NCBI GenBank assembly: GCA_963769025.1 | Contig: CAVYKI010000012.1 | Coordinates: 480,001 to 544,000 of the forward strand | Length of the DNA: 64,000 bases | Origin: an uncultured Verrucomicrobiae bacterium | Lineage (GTDB): Bacteria; Verrucomicrobiota; Verrucomicrobiia; Chthoniobacterales; Chthoniobacteraceae | Direction: 5' to 3' | Part shown: positions 1-10,853 of the stretch, piece by piece | Position numbering within the stretch: position 1 is the stretch's first letter | How the letters are laid out: every line of letters begins with the position of its first letter | Made by a program: the position numbers and the translations under genes | The notes under the pieces: model-generated | What the model saw: only the letters and a program-made list of their open reading frames with translations | Databases searched by the model: none | Told to the model about the DNA's origin: nothing

Positions 1-39
1 GCGCCGCGCACCCGGTGAATGTTGTTCGCAAGAATCCAT
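1..39 (-). CDS. 5' end of a gene running off the window, possibly a DUF1501 protein
   Basis: ATG at 39 just after the stop of the DUF1553 gene; reads MDSCEQHSPGARR; the DUF1501 guess rests only on usual gene order. Confidence 0.3.
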   Translation of the reverse strand, partial: MDSCEQHSPGARR

Positions 40-51
40 GTTCGTTTCTTC

Positions 52-3000
52 TCAGCGTTTCACGACGCACGCGTCGTGGTTCAGGAGCGCCTGTGCGAGC
101 ACGGCGGCTGCGGCGGCTTCAGGGGAAGGAATGGAGGCGTCGCGTTTTGCGTTCCCCGTCGTCGAGCAGCTTGTCCGCGTCGGCCGGCGACTGGCGGAAA
201 TGCGCGAGCTGTTCGTTGTAGAGGCGGGTTGTGATTTCGACTTCACGCGCGTCCGGCTTGCGGCTCAGGCAGCGCAGAAATCCCTGCTCGATCATGCCCG
301 GCAGATTCCCTTTCGCATCCTTGTGCAGCTTCTCGCCAAGCACGCGGGCGGCTTCCACGTATTGGATCCCGTTCAGCAGGATGAACGCCTGCAGCGGCGT
401 GTCCGTGCTCTCGCGTTTCGCGATGCACACGGCGCGGCGCGGCGCATCGAAGGCCATCATCGCGGGCGGTGGGCCGGTCCGCCGCCAGTTCGTGTAAATG
501 CTGCGCCGGTAAACGCCGTCGCCGCCGCTGGGGTTCGCGGGCTTGAAGGCCTCGCTCATCTCGTAAGGATTCACCGGCGGCCCGCCGATTCTCTCCGCGA
601 GCAGTCCCGATGCGGCGAGCGCGTTGTCGCGCACCATTTCCGCCGAGAGGCGGACGCGCGGCCCGCGGGCGAGCCACTCATTTTCCGGATCGTCGGTCAT
701 CGTCTTCGCATCCGCGATGCTCCGCTGGCGGTAGGTGCGGCTCATGACGATGCTTTTCATCAGCGCCTTCACGTCCCAGCCGCTCCGGATGAACTGCGCC
801 GCGAGTGAGTCGAGCACCTCGGGATAAAGCGGGCGCGAGCCCTGGCTGCCGAAATCCTCCGCCGTCTTCACGAGCCCGCGTCCCCAGATGCTGAGCCAGA
901 ACCGGTTCACCGTGACGCGCGCCGTGAGCGGATGCCGCGCGTCGGTGAGCCACTGCGCGAGCCCGAGACGGTTCTTCGGCGCGTTCGCGGGGAAAGGCGC
1001 GAGCCACGCAGGCACGATCGCCGGCGCCTCCTCGCGGCGCTGGTTGTATTCGCCGCGGAAAAGCACGTAGGACTTTTTCGGTTCGGGCAGCTCGCGCATC
1101 ACCATGATCTCCTTTTGCCCGCCGGCAAATTTCACCGCTTCGCCGCGTGCCGTTTCGAGCGCCTTGAGCTGCCCCGCCCAGTCGGCATCCGCGGTCGCGA
1201 GCCAATAGTCGAGCAGCAGGCCGCGCTCGGCCTCCGTGAGCCCGCCCGGCTGCTTCGTCAGCACCGCGTTTGCGGCCTCGGGCTTGAACGTCGCCAGCGC
1301 GCCCAGCGGTGTGAGCGCCCGCGCGAAGACCCGGAAATCGTCGATCGCGCCTCCGTTGAAACCGCGGTCGCGCATGCGCTCGCCGAGCGTGATGTTGTCC
1401 CCGCCGCCGCCGGTGATGTCGCGTGTGAGGTGGTCCTTGATCGTCTCCACCGCCGCGGGCGCTCCGTTCACGTAAAGCCGCAAACCCGCGGCGCGACCGC
1501 TGCCGTCGGACGTCACGACGACATGTGTCCACCCGTTGATCGCGACCGGCTGCTGTGCGCGGATCGAAATTGCATCGCCGGGCCAGAAGTGGATGAGCGA
1601 CCACTTCAGCCGTCCGTCCTCGATGAGCAGCTCGTAACCGCGGCTCGCCGCGTCCGTCCACGCCTTCGAGCGGTGGAAGACGACGGCGCGATCCTTTTTG
1701 TCCGGCGTCCTCAACCACAGCGAAACGCTGAACGGCTCGCTGCTGCGAAAATTGCCGAGCTGCAGATCCACCGCATCGTCGCCGGAAAATTGCACCGCCT
1801 GTCCATTCACGCCCGGCACGAGCTTGTTTTCGCCCTTCAGCGTCGCCGGCTTTTTCGCATCGAGCGCGTTCGCGAGCTTGCCCTTCTCGATCGCATCAAA
1901 ACCGAAGCGTCCGATTTCACCGGGGAGCGAAACTTCCGCCGGTCGCGACTTCAGCCACTCGGCAAATGCTCCGCGCTTCGCATCACGCAGCGCAGCAGCT
2001 TTCCTCTCCTCATCGGCGACCGCCTTTCGCAGTGCCGCGAGCTTCTCCTTTGCCGCCGCGTCCAGGATCGGCACCGCGGGCGTGGGCATGCTCGGCGTGA
2101 AGAACGAGTAGAGCCCTGCCTCGTCCACATTCTGGAAGAACGAGAACAGCCCGTAGAATTCCTTCTGCGTGATCGGGTCGAACTTGTGGTCGTGGCATCG
2201 CGCACACTCGAAGGTCAGGCCGAGGAATGCGGTGGCGAACGTCTGCACGCGATCGCGCGACGTATTCGACGCGGTATTCCTCCTCGACGCTGCCGCCCTC
2301 GGATTCCTGCTGGTGCAGCCGGTTGAATGCCGTTGCGAGGATCTGGTCGTCCGTCGCATTCGGCAGCAGGTCGCCGGCGATCTGCCAAGTGGTGAATTGG
2401 TCGAACGGAAGGTTGTCGTTGAACGCGCGGATGACCCAGTCGCGCCACGGCCACATCTCGCGCTCGCGGTCCACCTGGAAGCCGTAGCTGTCCGCGTAGC
2501 GCGCGATGTCGAGCCAGTCCACGGCCATCCGCTCGCCGTAGCGCGGCGACGCGAGCAGCCGGTCCACCACGCGCTCGTAGGCATCCGGCGAGGCGTCATT
2601 TTCAAACGCGGCGATCTCCTGCGGGCTCGGAGGCAGCCCGGTGAGGTCGAAGCTCACGCGGCGGATCAGCGTGTCGCGATCCGCCTCGGGCTGGAGCTTC
2701 AGCCCGCGCGTCGCGAGGCCGGCGGAGACAGCGCTGTCGATCGGCGAGCCGTCGCCGGGCTTTGGCGCGGCGATGGGCTGCAGCGGGATGAACGCCCAGT
2801 GCGGCTCATACTCCGCGCCTTCGGCGACCCAGCGTTTCAGCTTCGCGATCTCCGCTGCGGTGAGGGGTTCGAGCTTCGCCTTCGGAGGCGGCATGCGATC
2901 GTCCGGGTCGGTCGCTGAAATGCGGGCGATGATCTCGCTTTCGTCCGGCTTGCCCGGCGCGATCGCATGGATGCCGTCCCGGTTTGCGATCGCGTCCTCG

Positions 3001-3203
3001 CGCATGTCGAGCCGCAGGTCCGAGTCGCGCTTGTTCTTGTCCGGGCCGTGGCAGTGGAAGCATTTGTCCGAGAGGATGGGCCGGATGTCCCGGTTGTAGT
3101 GCAGCTTCTCGGCGCCATCCGCGAGCGTGACTCCGAACGCGAGAAAGACGGCGAGCGGAGTGCCGAAGCCGATCGTGGGAGGGGTTGATTTCGAGTCGCG
3201 CAT
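52..3203 (-). CDS. Planctomycete cytochrome c / DUF1549 / LamG / DUF1553 protein (apparent frameshifts near 2255 and 160)
   Basis: Signal peptide, [41 protein letters not shown], LamG-like insert, [11 protein letters not shown]; pieces in ORFs 2010-3308, 119-2605 and 52-246 join by frame changes. Confidence 0.9.
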
Positions 3204-3364
3204 TTTTCGTCGGAAAGCGCGCTGAAGGCGCTTCGCTGTCAGTTCATTCCTGGACGATACAGGGCTTAGACGCCGTGAAAAGGGCTCGCGCGAATTCGCC
3301 AAGGGCAACGGCGGGAAACGAGGTCGTGGATTTTTGCGTGTCCTCGCCCGAAATCACGCGCCAA

Positions 3365-4558
3365 CTACAGGTGCTCCTCGACCCACGCGAACTCGCGCGC
3401 GACGCTGCGGACGACATCCGCAGGGCGGATTTCCGGAGGGAGAACATCAAAGGTGTAGGTCTCGATTTCCACGTGCGTCGTCGCGCCGCGCCGCAGTTCG
3501 CGGAAGAAATCGGGCGTCAGCGTGGACACCGTACTGGCGAGCGGTCCGTTGCCCTGAAAAAAGAGCGGCACATGGAAATGCACGCGCGCCTCCTCGACTC
3601 CCGTGCGACCTGCATCGTCCAGAAGCGCGAGCGGGAGGTCGGTCCACGAACGGATTTCGCCGGATGCCGTGCGCGCTTTCACCTGGTGAAGATAGACGCC
3701 CTCGGCGTAGGGCCGCAGCGCCTCCCAGCATTCCGCGCCGCCGCCGGTCATCAGCGCGGCGCTGAGCTGCACCTTGGAAATGCGGATGCCTTCACGCCGG
3801 TAGGTGCGCAGGGCTTCGAGCGGGTCCTCAAATTGCAGCGCGACGTGGCAGGTATCGAAGCAGACGCCGATGTGCTTGCGGAAAATCTCGCCGGCTCGGG
3901 TCGCACCGCAGCCGCGGATCCTGCGCACCGCATCCGCGCCTTCCGTCCACAGCACGTCGCGGAAAAACGCGACCGTCTCCGCGGTGGTTTCGAGGAAACA
4001 CGATGGCTCGGGCTCGAGCCCGAGGTGAATTTCCCTGCCCGTGTCCTCCTGCAGCGCAGCGAGGTATGCGGCCACTGCGCCGAGGTTCTCCGCCATCGCG
4101 GTGGTGTCGGCGGGACTGGAGACCCATTCCTTGAACGATCCCGGCACCGTGCTGATCGAGCCGTCCACGCCCGGGGGCAGCCACCCGGCGAGGATGTCGG
4201 CGACCTGGATCGTGTAATCCCTTCGCGCCGCGGAACGCCAGTCGGGCGCATAGACGTTTTCCTTCACCGGCCCCGCGTGGAACTGGCCGTAGGGAAACGC
4301 GTTCACCGAAATCGGATACAGCTCGTGCTCGGCAAATACATCGAGCGCCTGGCTCCGGAGCGCTGCGTCCCCCGCGAGATCGGCGGAAGCCTGCGCGCTG
4401 AGCCGGAGGCCGAGGCCAAACCATTCCTCCGGCTCGACGAACAGGTGCACGCGCGCAGCCTTTTCCCTGATGGCCGCAAGATTCTCCGCCCAGGTTTCAC
4501 CGGGATGGATGTTCAGGCAGTAGGTGAGGTGGAGCGGCGGCTTGTGCTGGACGATCAT
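3365..4558 (-). CDS. eboE: EboE, TIM-barrel metabolite traffic protein
   Basis: LTYCLNIHPGE, NAFPYGQFH..VKENVY.PDW, LEPEP, CFDTCH, YLHQV, RVHFHVP, EIETYT motifs. Confidence 0.88.
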   Translation of the reverse strand: MIVQHKPPLHLTYCLNIHPGETWAENLAAIREKAARVHLFVEPEEWFGLGLRLSAQASADLAGDAALRSQALDVFAEHELYPISVNAFPYGQFHAGPVKENVYAPDWRSAARRDYTIQVADILAGWLPPGVDGSISTVPGSFKEWVSSPADTTAMAENLGAVAAYLAALQEDTGREIHLGLEPEPSCFLETTAETVAFFRDVLWTEGADAVRRIRGCGATRAGEIFRKHIGVCFDTCHVALQFEDPLEALRTYRREGIRISKVQLSAALMTGGGAECWEALRPYAEGVYLHQVKARTASGEIRSWTDLPLALLDDAGRTGVEEARVHFHVPLFFQGNGPLASTVSTLTPDFFRELRRGATTHVEIETYTFDVLPPEIRPADVVRSVAREFAWVEEHL

Positions 4559-4588
4559 GGGGAATCCTCGCGGGGGAATACGGGCGCG

Positions 4589-5755
4589 CTAAGCCCGCGG
4601 CAAGTTTTCAAGGCAGCGCTCCATGAGCGGCAGATCGATCTCGTGCATCTCGAAGCGCGCGCCGATTCCCTGCGGGAACGTGACACACAGTTCGCCGCCA
4701 AGGTGTTCGCGGAAGTCGCGCAGTCCGGCGAAAATCTCTAGCTGCCCGGCGGAATCGCGCTGGAACGCCTCCTCGTGTGCGAGCGGGAAGCCGCTCTGCC
4801 GCAGGCCGCGCTCGATGACCGCAAACTCGCCCTCGGAAATCCATCCCTTCTCCCGCGCGTAGCTGGAGTCGAGCAGCACGCCGAACGCGACCGCCTCGCC
4901 GTGGCTGATGCGGAAGCCGGACATGAGCTCGAGTTTGTGCGCGGACCAGTGGCCGAAATCGAGCGGGCGCGCGCGGCCGTATTCGAAGGGATCGCCGTTC
5001 GTGCGGATGTGTTCGAGGTGCTCCTCGGCGCAGCGGAAGACGAGCTGCTCCATCGCCGCGATGTCGCGCGCGGGGAATTTCTCCGCGTTCGCCGTGAGCC
5101 AGTCGAAGAACTCGCGGTCGCGGATGATGGCGACCTTCCACGCCTCCGCGACGCCGCACAGCCAGTCGCGCTGTGGGAGCGAGACGAGGAAATCGAGATC
5201 GTTCAGCACGGCGAATGGCGGCGCGAATGTGCCGAGCGCATTCTTCCCGCCCATGAAATTGACGCCGTTCTTCACGCCGACGCCCGCGTCATTCTGCCCG
5301 AGGACCGTCGTCGGCACGCGCACCTGGCGCAGTCCGCGATGGACGAGCGCCGCGGCGAGGCCGACGGCATCCATCACCGCGCCGCCGCCGACGATGATGA
5401 TGAACGACTGCCGGTCCATGTGCGTCTCGAGCATGAGCCGCATGAAGCCCTCGACGAGCGAGAGGTCGTTCTTGATCGCCTCGCCGCCGGGGACGATGCG
5501 CGGCGCGGTGGCGAGTTCGAGCTGTGCAGAGAATGCCGCGAAGTAGTTTTCGATCTCGCGCACGAGGTTCGGCTGGGCGGCGGCTACGTGCAAATCCACA
5601 AACACCAGCGCCCGATGCCTGCGCGCCTCGTGGAGGCGGAGGAGTGTGTCCACCAGCACCCTGTTCTCCGTGCGGAACAGGCCGTGCGTGAAAGTCACCG
5701 GAAATTCCCACGTGACATCGACCCGTTGTGCGATGGAACGCGTCTGGCCGCTCAC
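4589..5755 (-). CDS. eboD: 3-dehydroquinate synthase homolog (EboD-type)
   Basis: GGEAIKN, GGGAVMD, PTTVLGQNDAGVGVKNG, ARPLDFGHWSAHKLE, HGEAV; GTG start overlaps the upstream stop (GTGA). Confidence 0.85.
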   Translation of the reverse strand: MSGQTRSIAQRVDVTWEFPVTFTHGLFRTENRVLVDTLLRLHEARRHRALVFVDLHVAAAQPNLVREIENYFAAFSAQLELATAPRIVPGGEAIKNDLSLVEGFMRLMLETHMDRQSFIIIVGGGAVMDAVGLAAALVHRGLRQVRVPTTVLGQNDAGVGVKNGVNFMGGKNALGTFAPPFAVLNDLDFLVSLPQRDWLCGVAEAWKVAIIRDREFFDWLTANAEKFPARDIAAMEQLVFRCAEEHLEHIRTNGDPFEYGRARPLDFGHWSAHKLELMSGFRISHGEAVAFGVLLDSSYAREKGWISEGEFAVIERGLRQSGFPLAHEEAFQRDSAGQLEIFAGLRDFREHLGGELCVTFPQGIGARFEMHEIDLPLMERCLENLPRA

Positions 5756-7039
5756 CGCTGCCCCTCCATCCACACCTGCACCGCGCGGGCGAGGTCGAGC
5801 TGCGTCACGGGGAGCTGCGGAATCTTCATCGACGACGCCCATGCGACCTCCTGGCCGGGCCGGTTGCTGCCGTGCGTCCCGTGGATTTTCCGCGTGTCAA
5901 AACTCACGCTTCCCGGCGGCCAGCCGAAGATAAAGTTCGCACGGGTCGTAGCCGGGCTTGTTGTGGATGTCCACGTGGCTGGCATAGTCCGGCGCCTCCT
6001 CGCGCTCGGTGAACCACGGATACGCAAACCAGGAACTTTCCTGCGCGGTGATGACGAGATCGCCGCTGCGGCGGTGAGCGATGCCGTGCCTTTCCTGCGC
6101 GGCCTTGTCCCAGACTTCCGCCACGCCAGGCAGCGTCCGCAGCGCCTCGGCGGCTGCGATCTTCGACGCTTCGTCGCGGCAATAGACGTGCGCGAAACCG
6201 TGGTCGCACACGGCGAATGCGCGGCTCGTGAAAAAATCGGTGTAAGCCATTCCCTCGATCGCGCGCGTGCCGAACAAGCCCGCTTCGCGCAGTCGGCGGT
6301 TCGGGAAAATCGCACCGTCGCGCACCTGCTCGATCGCGTAATCGCCGAAGACCAGCCATTCATAGTCGCACTCGGTCGCCTTTGCCTCGAGGCGTTCGAG
6401 GTAGCCGAGCAGGATGTCGAGCGCCTTGTCCGCCTCGCGGCTCACCGGGCCGTAGCGCTGCAGGTCGTAGTCGAGATGCGGGATGTAGGTGCAGAGCAGA
6501 TCCGGCGCGACGTCCGGCATCTCCATCACCGCGCAGGTCGCTTCCACGATCCAGTCGGAGGACTTGTGATTCGCGAGCGGACCCCAGTAGTTCATCAGGT
6601 TGAACGGACGCCCGATTCGCTCGGTGAGCCGTGCCTCGAGCGAGGCGGGCTGCGTGTAGCACGCCTGGATCATGCCGCCGCTGTGCTTGTGGATCGGTGC
6701 GGGTGTCACGACGAGATCCGCCGCTTCACCCATGCTCTGCTGCCAGAACATGAGGCCCACTTTTTTCCCGCGCGCGCGGAAGTCATCCCAGATGCGGGGC
6801 CCCTCGACGAGCGTCGCGCTTTGCTCCCAAAACAGGACTTTCCGCAGGTCGGAAAAGAAGAGGCCGTTCGCGACGAGGCCGTTTTGCGAGGGCGTCGTGC
6901 CCGTGCGGAATGCCGCCTGGACCGGGCACGTGACCGCGGGGAAAATGCTCTGTACCGGACGGAACTCGGGCAGGTGCGACACGAGATTCCAACCGAGTGC
7001 GGCGACATCAACAACGAGCAGCTTTTTCTTGGCCGGCAT
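5752..7039 (-). CDS. eboF: Alkaline phosphatase / nucleotide pyrophosphatase family protein (EboF-type); frameshift near 5930
   Basis: FPAVTCPVQA, YIPHLDYDLQRYGP, VDIHNKPGYDPCEL, then IHGTHG in the other frame. Confidence 0.82.
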
Positions 7040-7104
7040 GGAGAGGCGGCAAAGAGAATCAGCTTCGCTGGAAAAAGCTAGGGCGGAGCGAGGGCGCGGG
7101 CGGC

Positions 7105-8640
7105 TTATGCACGCGGGGCAGGTTCCGGAGCGGGTTGCCCGGCCGAGCCGCGGGATTTTGCGCGGCTTGGCCACAGGGCGCGGAACTCCATCCAGAGCCA
7201 GCGGCGAAGCCCGCTGAGGAGCAGGCGCCCCGCCGTCCCGGCCTCCGGCGCGAAGCCGGGGACCAGCAGCCGCCAGCCGGCGTTGCGTGCGCCGTAGGTG
7301 CCGGCCGCGATGCGTTTCCGCGCCAGCACGACGAGGCGCCGGTTGAAGAAGGAGATCACCTTCACGGCCAGGCGACCGCCGACGCTGTCGAAGGGAAATT
7401 TTTCGAACATCGTCGCCGGGTCCGCATACACCTGCCGGACCGGCCCGAGGTGGTACGCCGCGTTGTCCATGAGGTAGGCCGCCGCCATCAGCTCCGCGTC
7501 GCCGATGCAGTAGTATTTGCCGCGGTAGATGCAGTCGAACCAACCCTGGAAGCAGGCCGAAAAGCGCCGGTTATAGGCGCGCACATCCACCGGCTTTCCC
7601 GCGCACGCATCCGCGACGAGCGACGCGACGGATTGCGCGGTGAATGCGCAGAGGTCGAGACCCGGGCTGTGGAGCGGGTCGAGGAATCCCGCCGCATCGC
7701 CCACGCACGCCCAGCCGTCCAACATCACCTGCGTGACGCGATAGGGGAACTGCGAGTGGACGCGCTCGTCGCCGGCGACGGGCTGCGCGTCGGCCAGGAT
7801 TTCGCGCCCGATCGGATGCGCCCGGCAATGGGCCAAAAGCCGTTCGCCGATCGCACCGCCTTCCGGGGGCGTGAAGAGCCGCTCATCGTACACCAGACTC
7901 ACGCTCACCTCGCCGCCTTTCATCGGGGTGATCGAGCACCACCAGCCGGCACCGCAGAGAATGTTTGTCGCGCAGCCGCGTGCGGCCAGCGTCGCATCCG
8001 CCCATCCCGGAAATTTCTGGCGCAGTTCGTCACCGTCCCAGTCCTTCGCGCCGGTGAAACGCGCCCAAAGGGAACTCACGGGATGCTCTTTCATCGGCTC
8101 GAGGTAATCGCGCTTCCGCGCAATCAGCGCCGCACGCCCGCTCGCATCCACCACCCAGCGCGCGAGCGCGTGCTTTGTCTCCCCGCCGGCGAGGACTTCG
8201 AGCGCATTGCTCCCGGCGCCGCCGAGATCCAGTTTCACCACTTTCGCCGGCCGCCACAGATCGCAGCCCGCCTCGACAGCCAGCGAGAGCAGGTGCTCGC
8301 CCAGCGTCGCAAGATCGACCTGAAATCCCGGCAGCCGCGCATTGAACCGCGATCCGAGCTCCACGCATTCCTCAAACGGCTCCTCTTCGGTCCGGGCAAA
8401 CCACATCCGCAGTCCCTGACGGGCAAGTTGGTGATTCCCGAGATACTGCGTGAGCCCCAGCACGCGTGTGAGGAAACACGAGCTGACCTCCGCCGTGCTC
8501 TCGCCCACCTTGCGGTCGAAGGTCTCCGATTTTTCGATGATCAGCACACGGAGCGCCGGACTGCGACGCTTCAGCAGCAGCGCCGTCGCGGCGCCCGAAA
8601 AAGCGCCCCCGACGACCGCCACATCGAATTCCGAATACAT
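7105..8640 (-). CDS. FAD-dependent oxidoreductase, flavin-dependent halogenase-like family
   Basis: DVAVVGGAFSG Rossmann motif, RKVGES, VVDASGR, GDAAGFLDPLHSPG. Confidence 0.8.
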   Translation of the reverse strand: MYSEFDVAVVGGAFSGAATALLLKRRSPALRVLIIEKSETFDRKVGESTAEVSSCFLTRVLGLTQYLGNHQLARQGLRMWFARTEEEPFEECVELGSRFNARLPGFQVDLATLGEHLLSLAVEAGCDLWRPAKVVKLDLGGAGSNALEVLAGGETKHALARWVVDASGRAALIARKRDYLEPMKEHPVSSLWARFTGAKDWDGDELRQKFPGWADATLAARGCATNILCGAGWWCSITPMKGGEVSVSLVYDERLFTPPEGGAIGERLLAHCRAHPIGREILADAQPVAGDERVHSQFPYRVTQVMLDGWACVGDAAGFLDPLHSPGLDLCAFTAQSVASLVADACAGKPVDVRAYNRRFSACFQGWFDCIYRGKYYCIGDAELMAAAYLMDNAAYHLGPVRQVYADPATMFEKFPFDSVGGRLAVKVISFFNRRLVVLARKRIAAGTYGARNAGWRLLVPGFAPEAGTAGRLLLSGLRRWLWMEFRALWPSRAKSRGSAGQPAPEPAPRA

Positions 8641-8716
8641 CCGTCCACCCATAGCCGTGCGCCCCGCGGAGTCCACCCGCTCGCGCACCTGATTTTCCGC
8701 CAGTCAAAAAAATTGG

Positions 8717-8745
8717 TTGCCCGCGCCCGGAGCCGCCAGTAGTTT
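8717..8745 (+). promoter_or_regulatory. sigma70-type promoter of tRNA-Asp
   Basis: TTGCCC-17 bp-TAGTTT followed by a GC-rich discriminator, 15 bp before the tRNA. Confidence 0.6.
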
Positions 8746-8759
8746 CCGCGCCCTCATTT

Positions 8760-8836
8760 GGAGCCTTAGCTCAATCGGTTAGAGCGCTACCCTGTCACGG
8801 TAGAGGTTGCGGGTTCGAGCCCCGTAGGCTCCGCCA
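8760..8836 (+). tRNA. tRNA-Asp(GTC)
   Basis: Cloverleaf: GGAGCCT/AGGCTCC acceptor stem, D-loop TAGCTCAATCGGTTAGAGC, anticodon GTC, GGTTCGAG T-loop, encoded CCA. Confidence 0.97.
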
Positions 8837-9019
8837 CTTCACGAAAGTGCGCGGAGTGGCTTGATGCGCGATGTTCAGGATAGCGCCGCTCGTTTACTGC
8901 AATGCCTTGTTTGCTTTTCGTGACTGATTCGTGACGAAGTTGCCCACGGTTCATCCACGTGGTCTTCGGGCTGCAGACCTGGCCCTCTTGCCTCCTCACC
9001 TCGACGATGGCACCCGTCC

Positions 9020-10816
9020 TTATTTTCTCACTCCATTCCGCTTCTCAAAGGTCGTCTGCCAATCGATTTGTTTTGCCCATTCGCGGTAAGCTTTCTCGAA
9101 CAGACTTCGGTCCGTAAGTTCGACGACGGTCAGGATCCCGAAGCGGCGGGAAGTGACGCCGTGCTCGCTGCCCAACCTGCTCACGAACAGCGTAAACTCC
9201 TGAACCTCCTGCCGGTAGTCGGAAACGATTTTGCGCGACAGCGCGTTGGAATCCGAAGGATCCCCCTCGTACACGATGTAGTTACACTCGAGAATCCGTT
9301 CGATGTTCAACCCCGGATCTCCGGTCCACTCGTTTGCCCTTACGGGCCAGATGAGCATGCTCCGCGGTTTCGAATGGATCCACTTGATGTAGTCCTGATG
9401 GTGCGGCAACTCCGTCGCTATGCCGTCCAAAAAATAGACCTTGAACGACTTTCCCGCCTTTTCAGCGACTTCGATCAAAAAGTCGCCCGCCTTCAGTTCT
9501 TCGGCCCTCTGTCCCACAGTCAGATTGACCCCCAGCAGGCGTTGGGCCGCAACCGGCGGCACGAACAAGGATACGAGAAGGAGCGGTGGAAAGAATAGAT
9601 ACAAACACGTGCATGTGACGAGTCTCGCGGATGCGCCCATCAACAGTTGCCTGAAGATTTCCGGCAAGATCCAGATGAGGAGGATGGCGACAAATGGAAA
9701 ATAGTACCGGGGAATCGTGCCCGGCCCGAGAGCCCACCAAGAAATGCTTGCCACGAGTAGAATCGCGATTCCTATGCCGCGAATCAGGGACGGATTCCAA
9801 AACATTTTCCGAGTGGCGACTGCCAGGCGGACCAACATGAACCCGCCCGCCACAATCAGTCCGATGGAAATGGGCCAGCCGACGACGGACCGCGCAAACT
9901 GCATGGACTGTTTGACCAGGTCCAGCGGATGCATCGCCTTCGAAACCGACGTTGCGACCGAAAACAGTTCCCGTGTTTCGGCTCCCAAATAGGCAGATTG
10001 GAAGCACACCCACAGCACGGCGGAGTAGATCACTCCGCCGATCGCCAGTGCCAATCCTGCAAAGGGCAACGTGCCTAGGCGGTGTTTTCGAGGAGACTCC
10101 CCGTCCTCAGGAACCGCGAAGGAACGCGCGACGACCTCGACGATAAACAATCCCGCCACCGAGGCCATGATGACTATCCCGCCGGGCTTGACGAGCAGCG
10201 AAAATGCGCCGACGAACCATCCGGCGCCCGCCAGCCACAGGCTGCGGGTTCGGGCCGCACTGATGAGCAAGGCTGCCGAGAGCGCGCCAACCGAAGCCAC
10301 GAGAGTGTCCACCATGCCCCATGCCTGCATTGCCCGGTAATCGCCGAAGTCCCGCGGATTCATCTCGCATTGAAAAAACATGGGCAGCGTTCCCAGGAAG
10401 CACACCGCTGCGGAAGCCGCGATCCGTTGACGCACCGACTGGCAAAGCGGCCAAACCACCACTACGAGGGCTGCCATCCAAATCAGAAACGGCACGAATT
10501 GGGATCGGAACAGGTAGGAGCTGACTTTCGGCCTAAACCCGAGCGGGTACAATAACAGCGCCGTTCCTGGAGGCCGGATTGCCGGCGGCGATGCCATGAT
10601 GTTGCCAAATTTTCCCGCCTTGATGTCTTCCCAGACAAACGAGGACTTACAATAGTACTGAAGCGCATCCCCGTAAGGAGGAGCGACCGTCGCTCTCGCC
10701 TTTTGGCGGATGCCGAGGAGGACGGCTACGAAGAAGATGAGGACGATTGCGAGAGGCCAGTGCCGCCGGAGGATTGCCGCCGTGGCATTGCGGAAGGTTT
10801 GGAGCGAGTGGGTCAT
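9020..10816 (-). CDS. Polytopic membrane protein, probable GT-C glycosyltransferase
   Basis: N-terminal TM, PYGDALQY loop, RPPG, many TM segments, LLVKP, RYYFP; lower GC than its neighbours. Confidence 0.6.
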   Translation of the reverse strand: MTHSLQTFRNATAAILRRHWPLAIVLIFFVAVLLGIRQKARATVAPPYGDALQYYCKSSFVWEDIKAGKFGNIMASPPAIRPPGTALLLYPLGFRPKVSSYLFRSQFVPFLIWMAALVVVVWPLCQSVRQRIAASAAVCFLGTLPMFFQCEMNPRDFGDYRAMQAWGMVDTLVASVGALSAALLISAARTRSLWLAGAGWFVGAFSLLVKPGGIVIMASVAGLFIVEVVARSFAVPEDGESPRKHRLGTLPFAGLALAIGGVIYSAVLWVCFQSAYLGAETRELFSVATSVSKAMHPLDLVKQSMQFARSVVGWPISIGLIVAGGFMLVRLAVATRKMFWNPSLIRGIGIAILLVASISWWALGPGTIPRYYFPFVAILLIWILPEIFRQLLMGASARLVTCTCLYLFFPPLLLVSLFVPPVAAQRLLGVNLTVGQRAEELKAGDFLIEVAEKAGKSFKVYFLDGIATELPHHQDYIKWIHSKPRSMLIWPVRANEWTGDPGLNIERILECNYIVYEGDPSDSNALSRKIVSDYRQEVQEFTLFVSRLGSEHGVTSRRFGILTVVELTDRSLFEKAYREWAKQIDWQTTFEKRNGVRK

Positions 10817-10853
10817 GGGTTCGATGTCTTCGCGCGCTTTGCGTAAAGGAGGC

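Noticed and set aside
8800..8836. attR duplicate of the tRNA-Asp 3' end elsewhere in the window
   Set aside because: No second copy found by eye, including around the integrase
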